Assembly: GCA_050250855.1 (NCBI GenBank) | Contig: JBFWNW010000004.1 | Span: 96,001 to 160,000 of the forward strand | Length of the DNA stretch: 64,000 nucleotides | Reading direction: 5' to 3' | DNA from: Candidatus Babeliales bacterium | Lineage (GTDB): Bacteria > Babelota > Babeliae > Babelales > JACPOV01 | Part shown: in pieces, positions 49,379 through 59,757 of the stretch | Layout of the letters: each line of letters begins with the position of its first letter | Numbering within the stretch: position 1 is the first letter of the stretch | Translations under genes and position numbers: made by a program | The notes under the pieces: generated by a model | Told to the model about the DNA's origin: nothing | The model's input: only the letters and a program-made list of their open reading frames with translations | The model's database searches: none

Positions 49379-50441
49379 TAAATCATATAACAATGAACCT
49401 GTTCTTGAAAATTTAAACTTAACAATACCAGCAGGTAAATTTTTTGCTTTATTAGGGCCGAGTGGTTGTGGAAAAACAACAATCCTTCGTATGGTTGCTG
49501 GTTTTGAGCATCCCAATTCAGGTAAGATATTTTTGGGCGACGAAGATATTACTGATATTCCTGCCAATGAACGCCACATTAATACTGTATTTCAAAACTA
49601 TGCATTATTTCCTCATTTAAATGTTTTTGATAATGTTGCTTTTGGCTTGCGTATCAAAGGCGTAGCAAAAGACATTATAGAATCAAAAGTTATAAAAATA
49701 TTACGTGCAGTCCACTTGGATGCTCATATATATAAATCTATAAGTCAGTTATCTGGTGGTCAAAAACAACGCGTTGCTATAGCTCGTGCTATTATTAATG
49801 AGCCGGAAGTTCTTCTTTTGGATGAGCCGCTAACAGCGCTTGATCCAAAGTTGCGTGAAGCATTGCTAATTGAGCTGATTGATCTGCAAACAACGCTTAA
49901 AACAACATTCGTGTATGTTACGCATGATCATTTTGAAGCACTAACAGTTGCAGATCAGCTTGCGATTATGAATGAAAATGGTGAAATAGAACAGATAGGA
50001 ACACCTGAACAAATTTATGAATTTCCTGTTTCTACGTTTGTTGCAAAATTCGTTGGCACGACAAATCTTTTCCAAGGAAGATTGCGCTCTGAGCAAGGAG
50101 AAATGTTTATTGATGCAGCTGGCTTAGGTGTGATGAAAGTTTTAGCCCCTGAAAAAAAAGATTGGGTGCAAGATGGAAAGGAAGCATTTTTAAGTTTGCG
50201 TCCAGAAAAAATTTTGATTTCAAAGAAGCAAGAAGAAGGTTTTGCCAATAAGTTAGCCGGTATTGTTGAAGCTATTGTGTATCACGGTCGCTCTACGCAA
50301 TATAATATTCGCCTTTCCAATGGACAACTTGTTCATGTTTTTGAGCAGAATGAACTTCATTTTACCAAAGAAACTATTGATTATCATGATTCTGTTATGT
50401 TGTATTGGCAGAAAGAAAACGCAGTTTTATTGGAGCGATAA
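49350..50441 (+). CDS. potA: Spermidine/putrescine ABC transporter ATPase
   Basis: GPSGCGKT, FQNYALFPHL, LSGGQ, LLDEP and a TOBE-like tail. Confidence 0.93.
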   Translation: MKSIKLQNINKSYNNEPVLENLNLTIPAGKFFALLGPSGCGKTTILRMVAGFEHPNSGKIFLGDEDITDIPANERHINTVFQNYALFPHLNVFDNVAFGLRIKGVAKDIIESKVIKILRAVHLDAHIYKSISQLSGGQKQRVAIARAIINEPEVLLLDEPLTALDPKLREALLIELIDLQTTLKTTFVYVTHDHFEALTVADQLAIMNENGEIEQIGTPEQIYEFPVSTFVAKFVGTTNLFQGRLRSEQGEMFIDAAGLGVMKVLAPEKKDWVQDGKEAFLSLRPEKILISKKQEEGFANKLAGIVEAIVYHGRSTQYNIRLSNGQLVHVFEQNELHFTKETIDYHDSVMLYWQKENAVLLER

Positions 50442-51292
50442 TGTTACAAAAAGTTCGATCAACCTTTAGTGCAGACTTTTCTTTTTTTATGGCCGTTCCA
50501 GGGGTTATTTGGCAGGTTTTTTTTTGCTTGGTACCGCTTTTGCTTATAGCCGCATTTAGTATATATGATGTTACCACTTTTCAAGTAACAATGCGCTATT
50601 TTATTGCTTTGTTTGATTATGTTCATTTAAAAATGATTTTTTTGTCATCTATGTTAGCGCTTGGAACAACGCTTAATTGCCTTGTAATTGGTTATCCTAT
50701 TGCATTTTATATTGCAAGAAAAGTTGAGCATTACAAAAATCTTTTTTTATTTTTTTTGATTATACCATTTTGGACTAATTTATTGATTCTTGTTTATTCT
50801 TGGATTTTTATTCTTGAAAAGAATGGCATATTAAATTCTTTTTTGAAAAGCATTGGTCTTGTTTCAGAACCATTTAACATTTTGAATTCGTTGATTGCCG
50901 TAGCCCTTGTTACTTTTTATTGCTACCTGCCGTTTATGGTTTTGCCTCTTTATACAGCACTTGAAAAAATTGATGATACGTTGTTAGAAGCATCAGCAGA
51001 TTTGGGAGCTAACAGAATTCAAACTTTTTTTAAAGTCATAGTTCCTTTGTCTTGGTCAGGTATTCGTACCGGATGCTTTTTAGTATATGTTCCGGTATTT
51101 GGAGAGTATGTTGTTCCTCTTTTAATGGGAGGAGATAAGTACATGTTTGTTGGGAGTGGCATTTCTCATTATGTTTTTACGGCACTTAATATTTCACAAG
51201 GTGCGGCATTTACGTTGCTTGCGGGATTTGCCTTATTATCAACCGTAGTACTATTAAATATTGTTTTAAAAAAGATTATTTTTACCTTATAA
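50441..51292 (+). CDS. potB: Spermidine/putrescine ABC transporter permease
   Basis: GYPIA, PFWTN, YLPFMVLPLY and EASADLGA. Confidence 0.9.
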   Translation: MLQKVRSTFSADFSFFMAVPGVIWQVFFCLVPLLLIAAFSIYDVTTFQVTMRYFIALFDYVHLKMIFLSSMLALGTTLNCLVIGYPIAFYIARKVEHYKNLFLFFLIIPFWTNLLILVYSWIFILEKNGILNSFLKSIGLVSEPFNILNSLIAVALVTFYCYLPFMVLPLYTALEKIDDTLLEASADLGANRIQTFFKVIVPLSWSGIRTGCFLVYVPVFGEYVVPLLMGGDKYMFVGSGISHYVFTALNISQGAAFTLLAGFALLSTVVLLNIVLKKIIFTL

Positions 51293-51302
51293 AGGGAAAA
51301 GA

Positions 51303-52085
51303 ATGCGTTTTTTTAAGAATTTTTTCCCCTATCTTTTGCCTATCTTTGTTGCGGGTGCGTATGTTTTTTTATATGCACCGATTCTCGTTTTAGTTGTTTT
51401 TTCTTTTAATAGTGTTGCATTTCCATATCATTGGGTTTCTTTTTCTACGAAGTGGTACGTTGATTTATTTCAATCACCAGAAATTTGGGAAGTTACTAAA
51501 AATTCACTAATTGTTGCATGTACCTCCTCAATGTTAAGTCTTTTAATGGCCCTTTTGTTTGTATTCTATGGTGTTCAAACAAAGCTTAGATCTGCAGAAT
51601 TTATTTTTTATATTAATATACTCATTCCAGAAATCGTATTAGCGTTGGGATTACTTATATTTTTTACCTATTGCTCTGTTCCTTTAGGGCTTATTACTTT
51701 GATAGTAGGGCATACGGTTTTGGGATTAGGTTTTGCAGTTCCGATACTTTCCAATAGGTTTGCAGAGGTTGATTATAGTATTATTGAAGCAGCCTATGAT
51801 CTTGGTGCTACCTTAAATCAAACATTTTTAAAAATTATTGTTCCTATGTTAATGCCAGCATTAGTAGCCGCAGGCCTTTTAGTATTTATTATCTCTCTTG
51901 ATGATTTTCTTATTTCTTTCTTTTGTGCAGGAGGCTCAGCGCAGACATTATCGCTTTATATTTTTTCTATGATTCGTAGCGGTATTTCTCCTACGATAAA
52001 TGCATTGTCTACTCTTTTATTATTGGTAAGTAGTACTATTGTTCTGCTTTTTTCATTGTTAAAGGTAAAAACTCGTGTTTTTTAG
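51303..52085 (+). CDS. potC: Spermidine/putrescine ABC transporter permease
   Basis: FLYAPI, FSFN, EAAYDLGA, SLDDF and PTINALST. Confidence 0.9.
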   Translation: MRFFKNFFPYLLPIFVAGAYVFLYAPILVLVVFSFNSVAFPYHWVSFSTKWYVDLFQSPEIWEVTKNSLIVACTSSMLSLLMALLFVFYGVQTKLRSAEFIFYINILIPEIVLALGLLIFFTYCSVPLGLITLIVGHTVLGLGFAVPILSNRFAEVDYSIIEAAYDLGATLNQTFLKIIVPMLMPALVAAGLLVFIISLDDFLISFFCAGGSAQTLSLYIFSMIRSGISPTINALSTLLLLVSSTIVLLFSLLKVKTRVF

Positions 52086-53157
52086 ATGGCATCATTTTTT
52101 TAAAATAGCTATTGTTGTTTTTTGGATAACTATTTTTATATTTTTTCTCATGATTCCTTATCTAGGAATAGTTCTTGGTACGGATGCAAGAACTATTAAT
52201 GTAATGACATGGGGGGCAACCTTAGATCCAGTTATCATAGAAAAATTTGAAAAAGAATCAGGGATCAAAGTTAATTTTAACTATATTGAATCGAATGAAG
52301 AACTTTTTGTAAAAATGTATACAACTGGTGGAAAAGATTATGATCTTGTAATGCCGTCAGATTATATGATGCAAAAATTAATTGACGCACAGTTAATAAA
52401 AAAAATTGATAAATCTAAAATAGATTTTTGGCATAGAATTCAGCCACGCTTTTTACAGCAGTATTTTGATGGCACTAATAGTTATTCAATACCATTTTTC
52501 TGGGCTCTTTATGGGTTGGGGATTAATAAAGATATGTTTACTCAAGTGCCACCTGCTTCATGGAGTTTGCTGTTTAGTTATCCAATTCCTGGAAGAGTTG
52601 CTATGCTTGCTCAGGCGCGCGAGGCGATATCGCTTGCTGCTCAATATTTATTTAAATCAATTGAAAATATTACTCCTGAAAAAGTTAAGCAGATTGAACA
52701 TCTTCTTGTTGAGCAAAAAAGTAGGGTAGAAGTATACGTTGATGCCGATATTCGAACGAGTTATTTACTTTTATCAGAAACATGTCCTGTTGTTGTAGGG
52801 GCAACTCCTTATTTTCTATGTTTTATGAAAGAAAATCCATCAATTGATTTTTTAATTCCTCAAGAAGGAACATTTATTTTAATTGATAGCTTTGCACTTT
52901 CTTGCGCTACACAAAAAGATGATTTGATTTATCAATTTTTGAATTATCTGTATAAACCTGAAGTGCTTTTTCATCATTTTGAAAATCTTCCTGTTATTCC
53001 CGTAACCAAAGAACTTGAAGAATTTTTAAATCAAGATAAGATTCCTCAAAGCATGAGAACATTGCTGCTTGATCCATCAATCAAAGCTACTTTTTTTAAA
53101 AATGTTATACCAGAAGATGAGTTGAATGCCCTTTGGATGGCAGTAAAAGCAGCATAA
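52075..53157 (+). CDS. potD: Spermidine/putrescine-binding protein
   Basis: FEKESGIKV, SNEE, YDLVMPSDY, YSIPFFW and PQEG. Confidence 0.9.
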   Translation: MFFRWHHFFKIAIVVFWITIFIFFLMIPYLGIVLGTDARTINVMTWGATLDPVIIEKFEKESGIKVNFNYIESNEELFVKMYTTGGKDYDLVMPSDYMMQKLIDAQLIKKIDKSKIDFWHRIQPRFLQQYFDGTNSYSIPFFWALYGLGINKDMFTQVPPASWSLLFSYPIPGRVAMLAQAREAISLAAQYLFKSIENITPEKVKQIEHLLVEQKSRVEVYVDADIRTSYLLLSETCPVVVGATPYFLCFMKENPSIDFLIPQEGTFILIDSFALSCATQKDDLIYQFLNYLYKPEVLFHHFENLPVIPVTKELEEFLNQDKIPQSMRTLLLDPSIKATFFKNVIPEDELNALWMAVKAA

Positions 53158-53263
53158 TATTTAATAAGCTTGACTTTATTTATTAAAAAAAATAGGAGAT
53201 ATATAAAAGAGGTTATTTTTTTGTAATGAAAAATGTTTAATCTAAAAAGAGGAACGAGGTAGT

Positions 53264-56200
53264 ATGAAGAAGCATATTTCTTTCCTGCGTCAGTTTGTAC
53301 TTGTATTTTTTTTCTTAAGCTTAGTACAAACAGTCTATGGCGTTGGTGGTACTGTATATTGGCATAATTTAAGCGATGGTCCTGGCGGAACAAGCCCTGG
53401 GGTTACGCAAAATGTAATTGACTGTGACATTGATGTCATAGGGGTAAACGCCTTAGTTGACGGTATCCATGTTGAAGCACGAACTCAAGATATTGTAATT
53501 ACTATTACTAATGGAGATGCCGTTATTACTGGTTCTGGCAACCGTGCCGATTTAGTACCGACCAATTCTGCTCGTCTTTATTTATTTGTTAATCCCGGCT
53601 TTTCAATAACATTTCAATTAACCAGTGATTTATTATTCCGCGGTACAACCGATCATGGGCATACGCTTGATTTAATGGTAACTGTTTCCGGTGGTGGTCG
53701 TGTTGAATTTTGCATTGAGGGTGATAACAACGTTGCTTTCTCTGCACAAGGCGGTAGTGGTGGTACTAAAGTATTTGTTGCCATGCAGGATAACGTAACG
53801 CCAAAATTACGCTTTAAGAGATTAAGCCCAACTATGGGTAATATAAATAACAATATTGAAGTTCAAGTAGGCATGAATTCATGCATCAGCTACATTGCAG
53901 AAACGCCGGTTTCAACCGGTATGGCAAACGAGACTGGCTGCATAGCATTTAATGGTACCAATCAAGGAACTGGTTGTACTATTTTACGCATTCAAGATTG
54001 TTCATGTTTTGTAATTCGTGGTAATTGGCTTGAAGGTGCAACATTAAATGATGATTTTTTATTAGATGATATTAATCTTGCAGTACCAGCCGGTTTTCAA
54101 GCACAATTTGTTGTAGAAAATTCAGCACCCGATACGTTGCATTCAAGTCTTCAAGTAATTAACCAAAATAGCAAATGTCCGAATCTCTTAATAGATCCTT
54201 TCTGTGATAATGCATTTACCGGAACGCAGTATGGTTTTATTCTTGGTGCCAATGCAATCTTGCAAGTAAATGATTTATCATATTTAGATTATATTGGAGC
54301 TTCTACCAATATGCTGCCTGTTGTTACAACACCGCTTTCTAATTTGCAGCCTGATATTGTTGATCTTATAGAATGCGGTCAAGCAACAGGACCTCAAGAT
54401 TTTATTAAAGAAAGAAACTGTTCAGCATTTTTTGTTGATGGTGATCCAAATCCTAACGCTCAGCAAGCACAAATTAGCTTATTAGGAACTTCTGCAATTT
54501 ATTTCCGTTCAGCTGTTGATTGTGAAGGAAATTTTGTACCAAGTTTTACTATAGATCCAGGCAAAGAAACACCAGGTGCTGGTAATATTGTATTTGATGT
54601 AGAAGGTTCTTTATTAGTACAAGGGCAGCAAGGGCAGAACAGTGCGTTGAATGTACTTTCATTACAAGTAACAAAAACAGGATGCCCGTTATTTGTTGAA
54701 TTAACTGATAACCCAATTTTCCCGCAACGTACGTTTGCTCGTGATGCTGATGGGGAATATCTACAATATAATAAAGCTGCATTCTTGATTAATAACTATA
54801 TGCATATTGAATACACGTCATTATTGCATACGGATGCAATTCATGCCGTTTATCAAAATAATAATCTTGGTATCTCATCATTAAATACAGAGCCTACTTA
54901 TATTGGTGGTGAAACATGGAAGCTATGTCTTCCTGTTGGTCGCCCTCGTCCTGCTATTTCATTTAATGATTCAATTTTCCGTGTGCAAACTGGTGTTGGT
55001 ATAACAGGTGTTGATCTATGTGTACCAAATGATCCGAATAATGGTAACACCAGTATTTTCCGTTTCTATAATAATGGGCGCGCTATCGATAATGCATATG
55101 GCCGCGTAATGATTCTGGGTACTAATATTGGTGCATATTCTGCATGCGGACGTTTAATAGATAACGCAGCTCACTTAGATATTTTCCAAAAAACAGCCCA
55201 GCAAACAATAACAGATCAAGCATTGCTTCTTGAAGTTGGCTTTAATAATACCTGCATTACGCAAGGAATTGTTGGTGATATTTCTGGCCAATGTGCCGTT
55301 CATGAAATTTATTTAAATAATGCGACAAACATTTCAATTGGTACTGATGGTGATGTCGGTACTGCTACCACGGGTCAACAGTTTGATTTAATAACAACGC
55401 CATCGCTTTGTGTAGCGGGAGAATTTTTCTCATTCAATTCTGCTGGTGGAGCATGGGGTCTTCCTGGTGCCAGTGGTACAACGGGAGAAGGCGGTATCTT
55501 TGTAGACAGAAACGGCACCATTAAGAGCCCTTGTCGTGCAAGTTTTTCTGCCATGGTAACGCGTAGTAGAAATGGTATTATTGATTTACCGAAAAACCAA
55601 GTATTCTTCACTAATCGCGTTGGTATTACGGTGTGGAAGCCAAACTTAACCGCTTCAAGTCAACGAGTTTTAGTGCCTTCTGGTGTATGTCTTTCTGATT
55701 TTACTATGGATTGGGGAGCGCTTGAAAAAGATTATACAACAACGAATAGTTTTGTTCCGTATGAATTAAAATGTACGCCGAATCCATGCGATTGTCCTGC
55801 AGTAACTGCTGCAAACCTTCGTGCATTGCCAATTATAGAAGGGGAAGTAAATCAATTCCAAGTCAGAAGAACGCGTATTGGCGATCAAATGCATTTACAA
55901 GTTACTAATGGCGGTATTATTGATGAATTAACATTCCTTATCGGTTGTAATCCAGCAGAAGCTGCCGTTGGCTTTTTAGTAGTAGAAGGTGAAGCGCGTG
56001 TTGGTATTGGTAGCTCACAGCGCAATAAGGATTCAAACTGTGCAAACGTAGTACTTGGTGTTAATGGCCTTAGTATTTGTGCAAATGGTAATGCTGTTAT
56101 TGAATTAAATGAAGATATTATTATTAATAACGTGTGCCATATTTTAGCCGGTACATCATTTGGGGTAACAAGTACCGATACGTTAACGATATTCTCTGAA

Positions 56201-57643
56201 GATACTAAAGAGTTACGCGTTAAATCAACCGGACTTCTTGATCTTTCACAATTTAATACGCCATCAAAAGTACTCCAATTTGCGGGGAAAGCAAAACTAG
56301 TATTTGAGCCTGGTTCAAAATTAGTACTTGGTGGTGGTGTTCTTATCTTTACTGATGAAACACAGTTAGCCTTTGAACGCGTATTAAATGAAGACCTCCT
56401 TCTTGGCAGTGAGCCAGTAGATCTTGATCCAATTCGCGTTAAAATTGTTGGTCGCGGTAATATTTTGATGGAAGAAGATTCTGTCTGCCAAATTCTTGAA
56501 AATCAATTTGTTGGGATAGAAACTGATGTAATTTGTGATAATATTACGTCTATTACCTGGCGCCTTTCTGAACAAGCAACGGTTGAAATTGGCAGTCAAG
56601 GTCGTCCTGGTGGAGCATTGCAAGTTGGTAATACGTTGTGTCAAAACGGTGCTTCAATTGATCTTACTATTATATTAGATGGTCTTGGTACGTTGTGGGA
56701 AATTAATCGTCAAGGATTTATGGGTCTTGGCGTTGGCGTTGCCAATAAAGTAAGCCAAGTACCAAACCAATGGTTGGTAAACTGTCTTGAAAACGTATTT
56801 ACCGTTTCCATTGATATTAGATCAGGAACGTTTAATCATAGCCAAATTTTGACCGGTGATGATATTCGTGCTTCATTACTTGCAGTTGGCCCAGCACAAC
56901 AATATACGTTGGCATTTAATCCTATTTCTGCTGTAATTCTTGGTGGTGGTAATTTGGTGCAAATTACTAATTGTACCAATGCTGTTTGTAATCAACGATT
57001 AAAAGAACTTGATGCACAAAAAGTGCAGCCAAATATACAAGATGCAGTGCTCAAAGCACAAGAGCTTATTGCTCAAGCTGAAGCTATGATGGAACAAGCA
57101 AAAGCAATGATGCAAAAAGCAACGATAACACGCGGCGTATCAAAAATAAAAAATCTTAAAGAAGCGCGCCGTATTAGAAAAACAAGCAAGAGTATGAAAG
57201 AAGAAGCATATAGAATAACAAGAAACGTTATTATTCCTTCTATTCAACCTGTTGTGCAGGATGTAGCAGGCGTTATAGATCCTAACTTACAGGTAAGTAT
57301 TCTTTCAGGAAGAATGTTGCTCATAGATACGGCAAAAGGTGCGCAGCCTTCAAGCGTGAGCTCTCAAACGTATTTTGATTATTTGAGTACGTTGCCATTT
57401 GATTCTCAAAACTCTCCACGAGCAAATATATTTAGACAAGAATTTACGTTATCTACCGTAGGTTATATTGTAGGTTCAACTATTCGCCGTGAATTAATTC
57501 AAACAATTCGTGGTGTTGGTGGCTTTAACGTAGCAGATCATGATCATTCATTACGTATTGGTGCTATTGGTATAAACATTGATAACGCACCACCGCGAGC
57601 ACTTTCATCACGTATTGAATTGCGTGGCACTGAAGGACTATAA
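53264..57643 (+). CDS. Large Cys-rich exported beta-rich (solenoid-like) protein
   Basis: Signal peptide, G/N/T/I/V-rich short strands, about 34 Cys by hand count. No terminal Phe. Confidence 0.85.
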   Translation: MKKHISFLRQFVLVFFFLSLVQTVYGVGGTVYWHNLSDGPGGTSPGVTQNVIDCDIDVIGVNALVDGIHVEARTQDIVITITNGDAVITGSGNRADLVPTNSARLYLFVNPGFSITFQLTSDLLFRGTTDHGHTLDLMVTVSGGGRVEFCIEGDNNVAFSAQGGSGGTKVFVAMQDNVTPKLRFKRLSPTMGNINNNIEVQVGMNSCISYIAETPVSTGMANETGCIAFNGTNQGTGCTILRIQDCSCFVIRGNWLEGATLNDDFLLDDINLAVPAGFQAQFVVENSAPDTLHSSLQVINQNSKCPNLLIDPFCDNAFTGTQYGFILGANAILQVNDLSYLDYIGASTNMLPVVTTPLSNLQPDIVDLIECGQATGPQDFIKERNCSAFFVDGDPNPNAQQAQISLLGTSAIYFRSAVDCEGNFVPSFTIDPGKETPGAGNIVFDVEGSLLVQGQQGQNSALNVLSLQVTKTGCPLFVELTDNPIFPQRTFARDADGEYLQYNKAAFLINNYMHIEYTSLLHTDAIHAVYQNNNLGISSLNTEPTYIGGETWKLCLPVGRPRPAISFNDSIFRVQTGVGITGVDLCVPNDPNNGNTSIFRFYNNGRAIDNAYGRVMILGTNIGAYSACGRLIDNAAHLDIFQKTAQQTITDQALLLEVGFNNTCITQGIVGDISGQCAVHEIYLNNATNISIGTDGDVGTATTGQQFDLITTPSLCVAGEFFSFNSAGGAWGLPGASGTTGEGGIFVDRNGTIKSPCRASFSAMVTRSRNGIIDLPKNQVFFTNRVGITVWKPNLTASSQRVLVPSGVCLSDFTMDWGALEKDYTTTNSFVPYELKCTPNPCDCPAVTAANLRALPIIEGEVNQFQVRRTRIGDQMHLQVTNGGIIDELTFLIGCNPAEAAVGFLVVEGEARVGIGSSQRNKDSNCANVVLGVNGLSICANGNAVIELNEDIIINNVCHILAGTSFGVTSTDTLTIFSEDTKELRVKSTGLLDLSQFNTPSKVLQFAGKAKLVFEPGSKLVLGGGVLIFTDETQLAFERVLNEDLLLGSEPVDLDPIRVKIVGRGNILMEEDSVCQILENQFVGIETDVICDNITSITWRLSEQATVEIGSQGRPGGALQVGNTLCQNGASIDLTIILDGLGTLWEINRQGFMGLGVGVANKVSQVPNQWLVNCLENVFTVSIDIRSGTFNHSQILTGDDIRASLLAVGPAQQYTLAFNPISAVILGGGNLVQITNCTNAVCNQRLKELDAQKVQPNIQDAVLKAQELIAQAEAMMEQAKAMMQKATITRGVSKIKNLKEARRIRKTSKSMKEEAYRITRNVIIPSIQPVVQDVAGVIDPNLQVSILSGRMLLIDTAKGAQPSSVSSQTYFDYLSTLPFDSQNSPRANIFRQEFTLSTVGYIVGSTIRRELIQTIRGVGGFNVADHDHSLRIGAIGINIDNAPPRALSSRIELRGTEGL

Positions 57644-57654
57644 AGAGGGATTAT

Positions 57655-57679
57655 AGGGCTGGCCAAAAACCAGCCCTTT
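57655..57679 (+). promoter_or_regulatory. Intercistronic hairpin (weak terminator or mRNA stabiliser)
   Basis: AGGGCTGG-ccaaaaa-CCAGCCCT with only a short T run. Confidence 0.5.
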
Positions 57680-57725
57680 ATAAAAAAAGGTTAAGCTATG
57701 ACCATTTTATTATTAAAGGAGAGGA

Positions 57726-59477
57726 ATGAATAAAAATTTTAAGCACCAGATACTATTACTACTCTTGGTAGGTAGTTCTGGCATCGGTGCTCGTGAACTC
57801 AGAACGCCATGGGGCTTGGAGCGAGGACCGTTTCATTATCCCGTACCATGCAGGTCGACAGATAAAGAGCAATGTTGGAACGTTGATATTTGGGGTGCAG
57901 GGTTGTATCGCCAATCAAATAAAGCGTTCATTGATAAAATGAGTTTTAAAACAGATCCTTCATTGGCGGGTATAATTTTTGGTCAAAATAGTTTTGTAGG
58001 GCTTGATGCATTTGCTGCAGGGGTTACCAGTCCGGTAAATCCTTTTTTAGCATTTGCTCAAATTGCACCGCGTATTAATTATCGTGAAAGTTCTGCTTAC
58101 TTTGGCTGCTACATAGAACGTCAATTACCATGGGGTTGTGATTGTGCATGGCGCGGCGGTATGCGTATAACCTTACCGTTCCGTGCTATTGATATTAATT
58201 TAGAAAATTGCTGTGATTTAGAAGAAACATTGGCAGATGTATGTCATCGTCAAAATGAACGTGTTGATGGCGCAGCTATTGGTGCAAATCCTACTATTCA
58301 AACGGTAGATGATTGTTTTGCTTATCGCCTTGATTTTTTAAGTTCTTTATTTTTACAACAAGCTGGTGTACCGCCATTTGATCCTTTTGTTGAATATCGT
58401 AGACCGATAGCAAGTACTTTTGATGTTGCTATGGATGCAGCTGTTATTAGCGACAGAAATGATAACCCAATTAACTTTATTAGAAGAACTGATGGTACGT
58501 TGCCAGAGGGTCCGTATTGTGCACCTTTTAATGTTGTAGATGCTGCTCAATTTATTAATGCTGATGGTTCTGGGGGCGTTAATAATGAACGTTTGCGTGG
58601 ATTTAATCAAAATATTGATTATACACCACTTTCAAATGATAAAGCAGCGCAGCGCCAATTGTGGGCAGTTCCTACAGTCGGACAAGTTGCGGGAACACTT
58701 CAAGAATTTACTATAGCACAAAATATTGGAACAGCGATTGAGCAACTTGTAAGAAATCTTCCTAATGCTGGTGCTATTGGTTTTTTTAATGAACATGGTG
58801 TTGATTTTAATACGCAGCACAATGTTGGCTTGGGGCAAATGGAGTTTGAATTTTATGCAAACCGTGATTGGTGTAACTGGTTTTTTGAAGGTATTGTCGG
58901 TTTTCATGCACCAACGGGTTTGAAAGTTAAAGATCCGGGCAAAATTTATAAAATTTTCAATACTGGCAACAACCGCCACTGGGTTGCAAAATTTGGCGGC
59001 ATTGCAACCTATGATCCTAACATTTGGTGCCATATAAAAGCTGAAGCATTTTATTCATATGTAGCTCCTGCTACAGAGCGCGTTGCTGCGCCATTTACAG
59101 GTGCAACGGTCAAAAATATCGGACCTGCTGTCAAAGCCTCTATTTCTTGGAATCAATTTGTTGCTCGCTTGGATACTATTTGGTTGGTGCCATGTAATCC
59201 TCGCGTTGGCTGGTTGCTTGGCTATGAAGCATATTTTAAAACAAAAGATAATGTGAAATTAAAACAAACAACCGCAACAGACTTTCTTGGCAATACGCAC
59301 ACTCTTGATCCAGCAGTGTTAGAAGAACGTACTAAAGTATATAGTAGCAAGGCTCGGGTAGAAATGTTCCATCAAGGAAGTTTCTGGGAGCTTTTTGCAG
59401 GGTGGACTCATGTATTTGCTGGACGTAATGCGCCAAAAGAAACTGATTGGCATATTGGTCTGATAGCATTCTTTTAA
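57726..59477 (+). CDS. Cys-rich putative outer-membrane beta-barrel protein (family B)
   Basis: Signal peptide, GLGQME, APTG and TGNNRHW motifs, terminal Phe (IGLIAFF). About 13 Cys. Confidence 0.75.
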   Translation: MNKNFKHQILLLLLVGSSGIGARELRTPWGLERGPFHYPVPCRSTDKEQCWNVDIWGAGLYRQSNKAFIDKMSFKTDPSLAGIIFGQNSFVGLDAFAAGVTSPVNPFLAFAQIAPRINYRESSAYFGCYIERQLPWGCDCAWRGGMRITLPFRAIDINLENCCDLEETLADVCHRQNERVDGAAIGANPTIQTVDDCFAYRLDFLSSLFLQQAGVPPFDPFVEYRRPIASTFDVAMDAAVISDRNDNPINFIRRTDGTLPEGPYCAPFNVVDAAQFINADGSGGVNNERLRGFNQNIDYTPLSNDKAAQRQLWAVPTVGQVAGTLQEFTIAQNIGTAIEQLVRNLPNAGAIGFFNEHGVDFNTQHNVGLGQMEFEFYANRDWCNWFFEGIVGFHAPTGLKVKDPGKIYKIFNTGNNRHWVAKFGGIATYDPNIWCHIKAEAFYSYVAPATERVAAPFTGATVKNIGPAVKASISWNQFVARLDTIWLVPCNPRVGWLLGYEAYFKTKDNVKLKQTTATDFLGNTHTLDPAVLEERTKVYSSKARVEMFHQGSFWELFAGWTHVFAGRNAPKETDWHIGLIAFF

Positions 59478-59498
59478 TTTTTTTCTTGTCAATAAGGC

Positions 59499-59532
59499 AG
59501 AGGCTGTGGGTTTCCATGGCCTCTCTTTTTTT
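59499..59532 (+). terminator. Intrinsic terminator
   Basis: AGAGGCTGTGG-gttt-CCATGGCCTCT followed by CTTTTTTT. Confidence 0.85.
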
Positions 59533-59574
59533 ATAAAAATTTTTTTTGTGCTATGTTAGATAGTAGATTTTGAT

Positions 59575-59736
59575 CGTTCGTATGCTTCGACAAGCTCAGC
59601 ACGAACGGAGTGAGTGTTGAGCGCAGCGTTTACTCCTGAGTTGGCTCGAAGGGTCAGCACGAACGGCTTTAATATAAACATTTTTTTATTCCATTCGCCC
59701 TGACCCTGAGCTTGTCGAAGGGGCGAAGGGTGCGAA
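59575..59736. repeat. REP-like composite element (type A, long form) with a nested unit
   Basis: Colinear with 10851..11000. The right arm contains an extra CCCTGAGCTTGTCGAAGGG core. Confidence 0.9.
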
Positions 59737-59757
59737 AGAATAAACCAAAGAAAAATT

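Noticed and set aside
57726..59477. Classical TpsB/Omp85 or autotransporter assignment
   Set aside because: No POTRA-like region or VRGY/F-type motif seen. The motifs instead match the other family B barrels.
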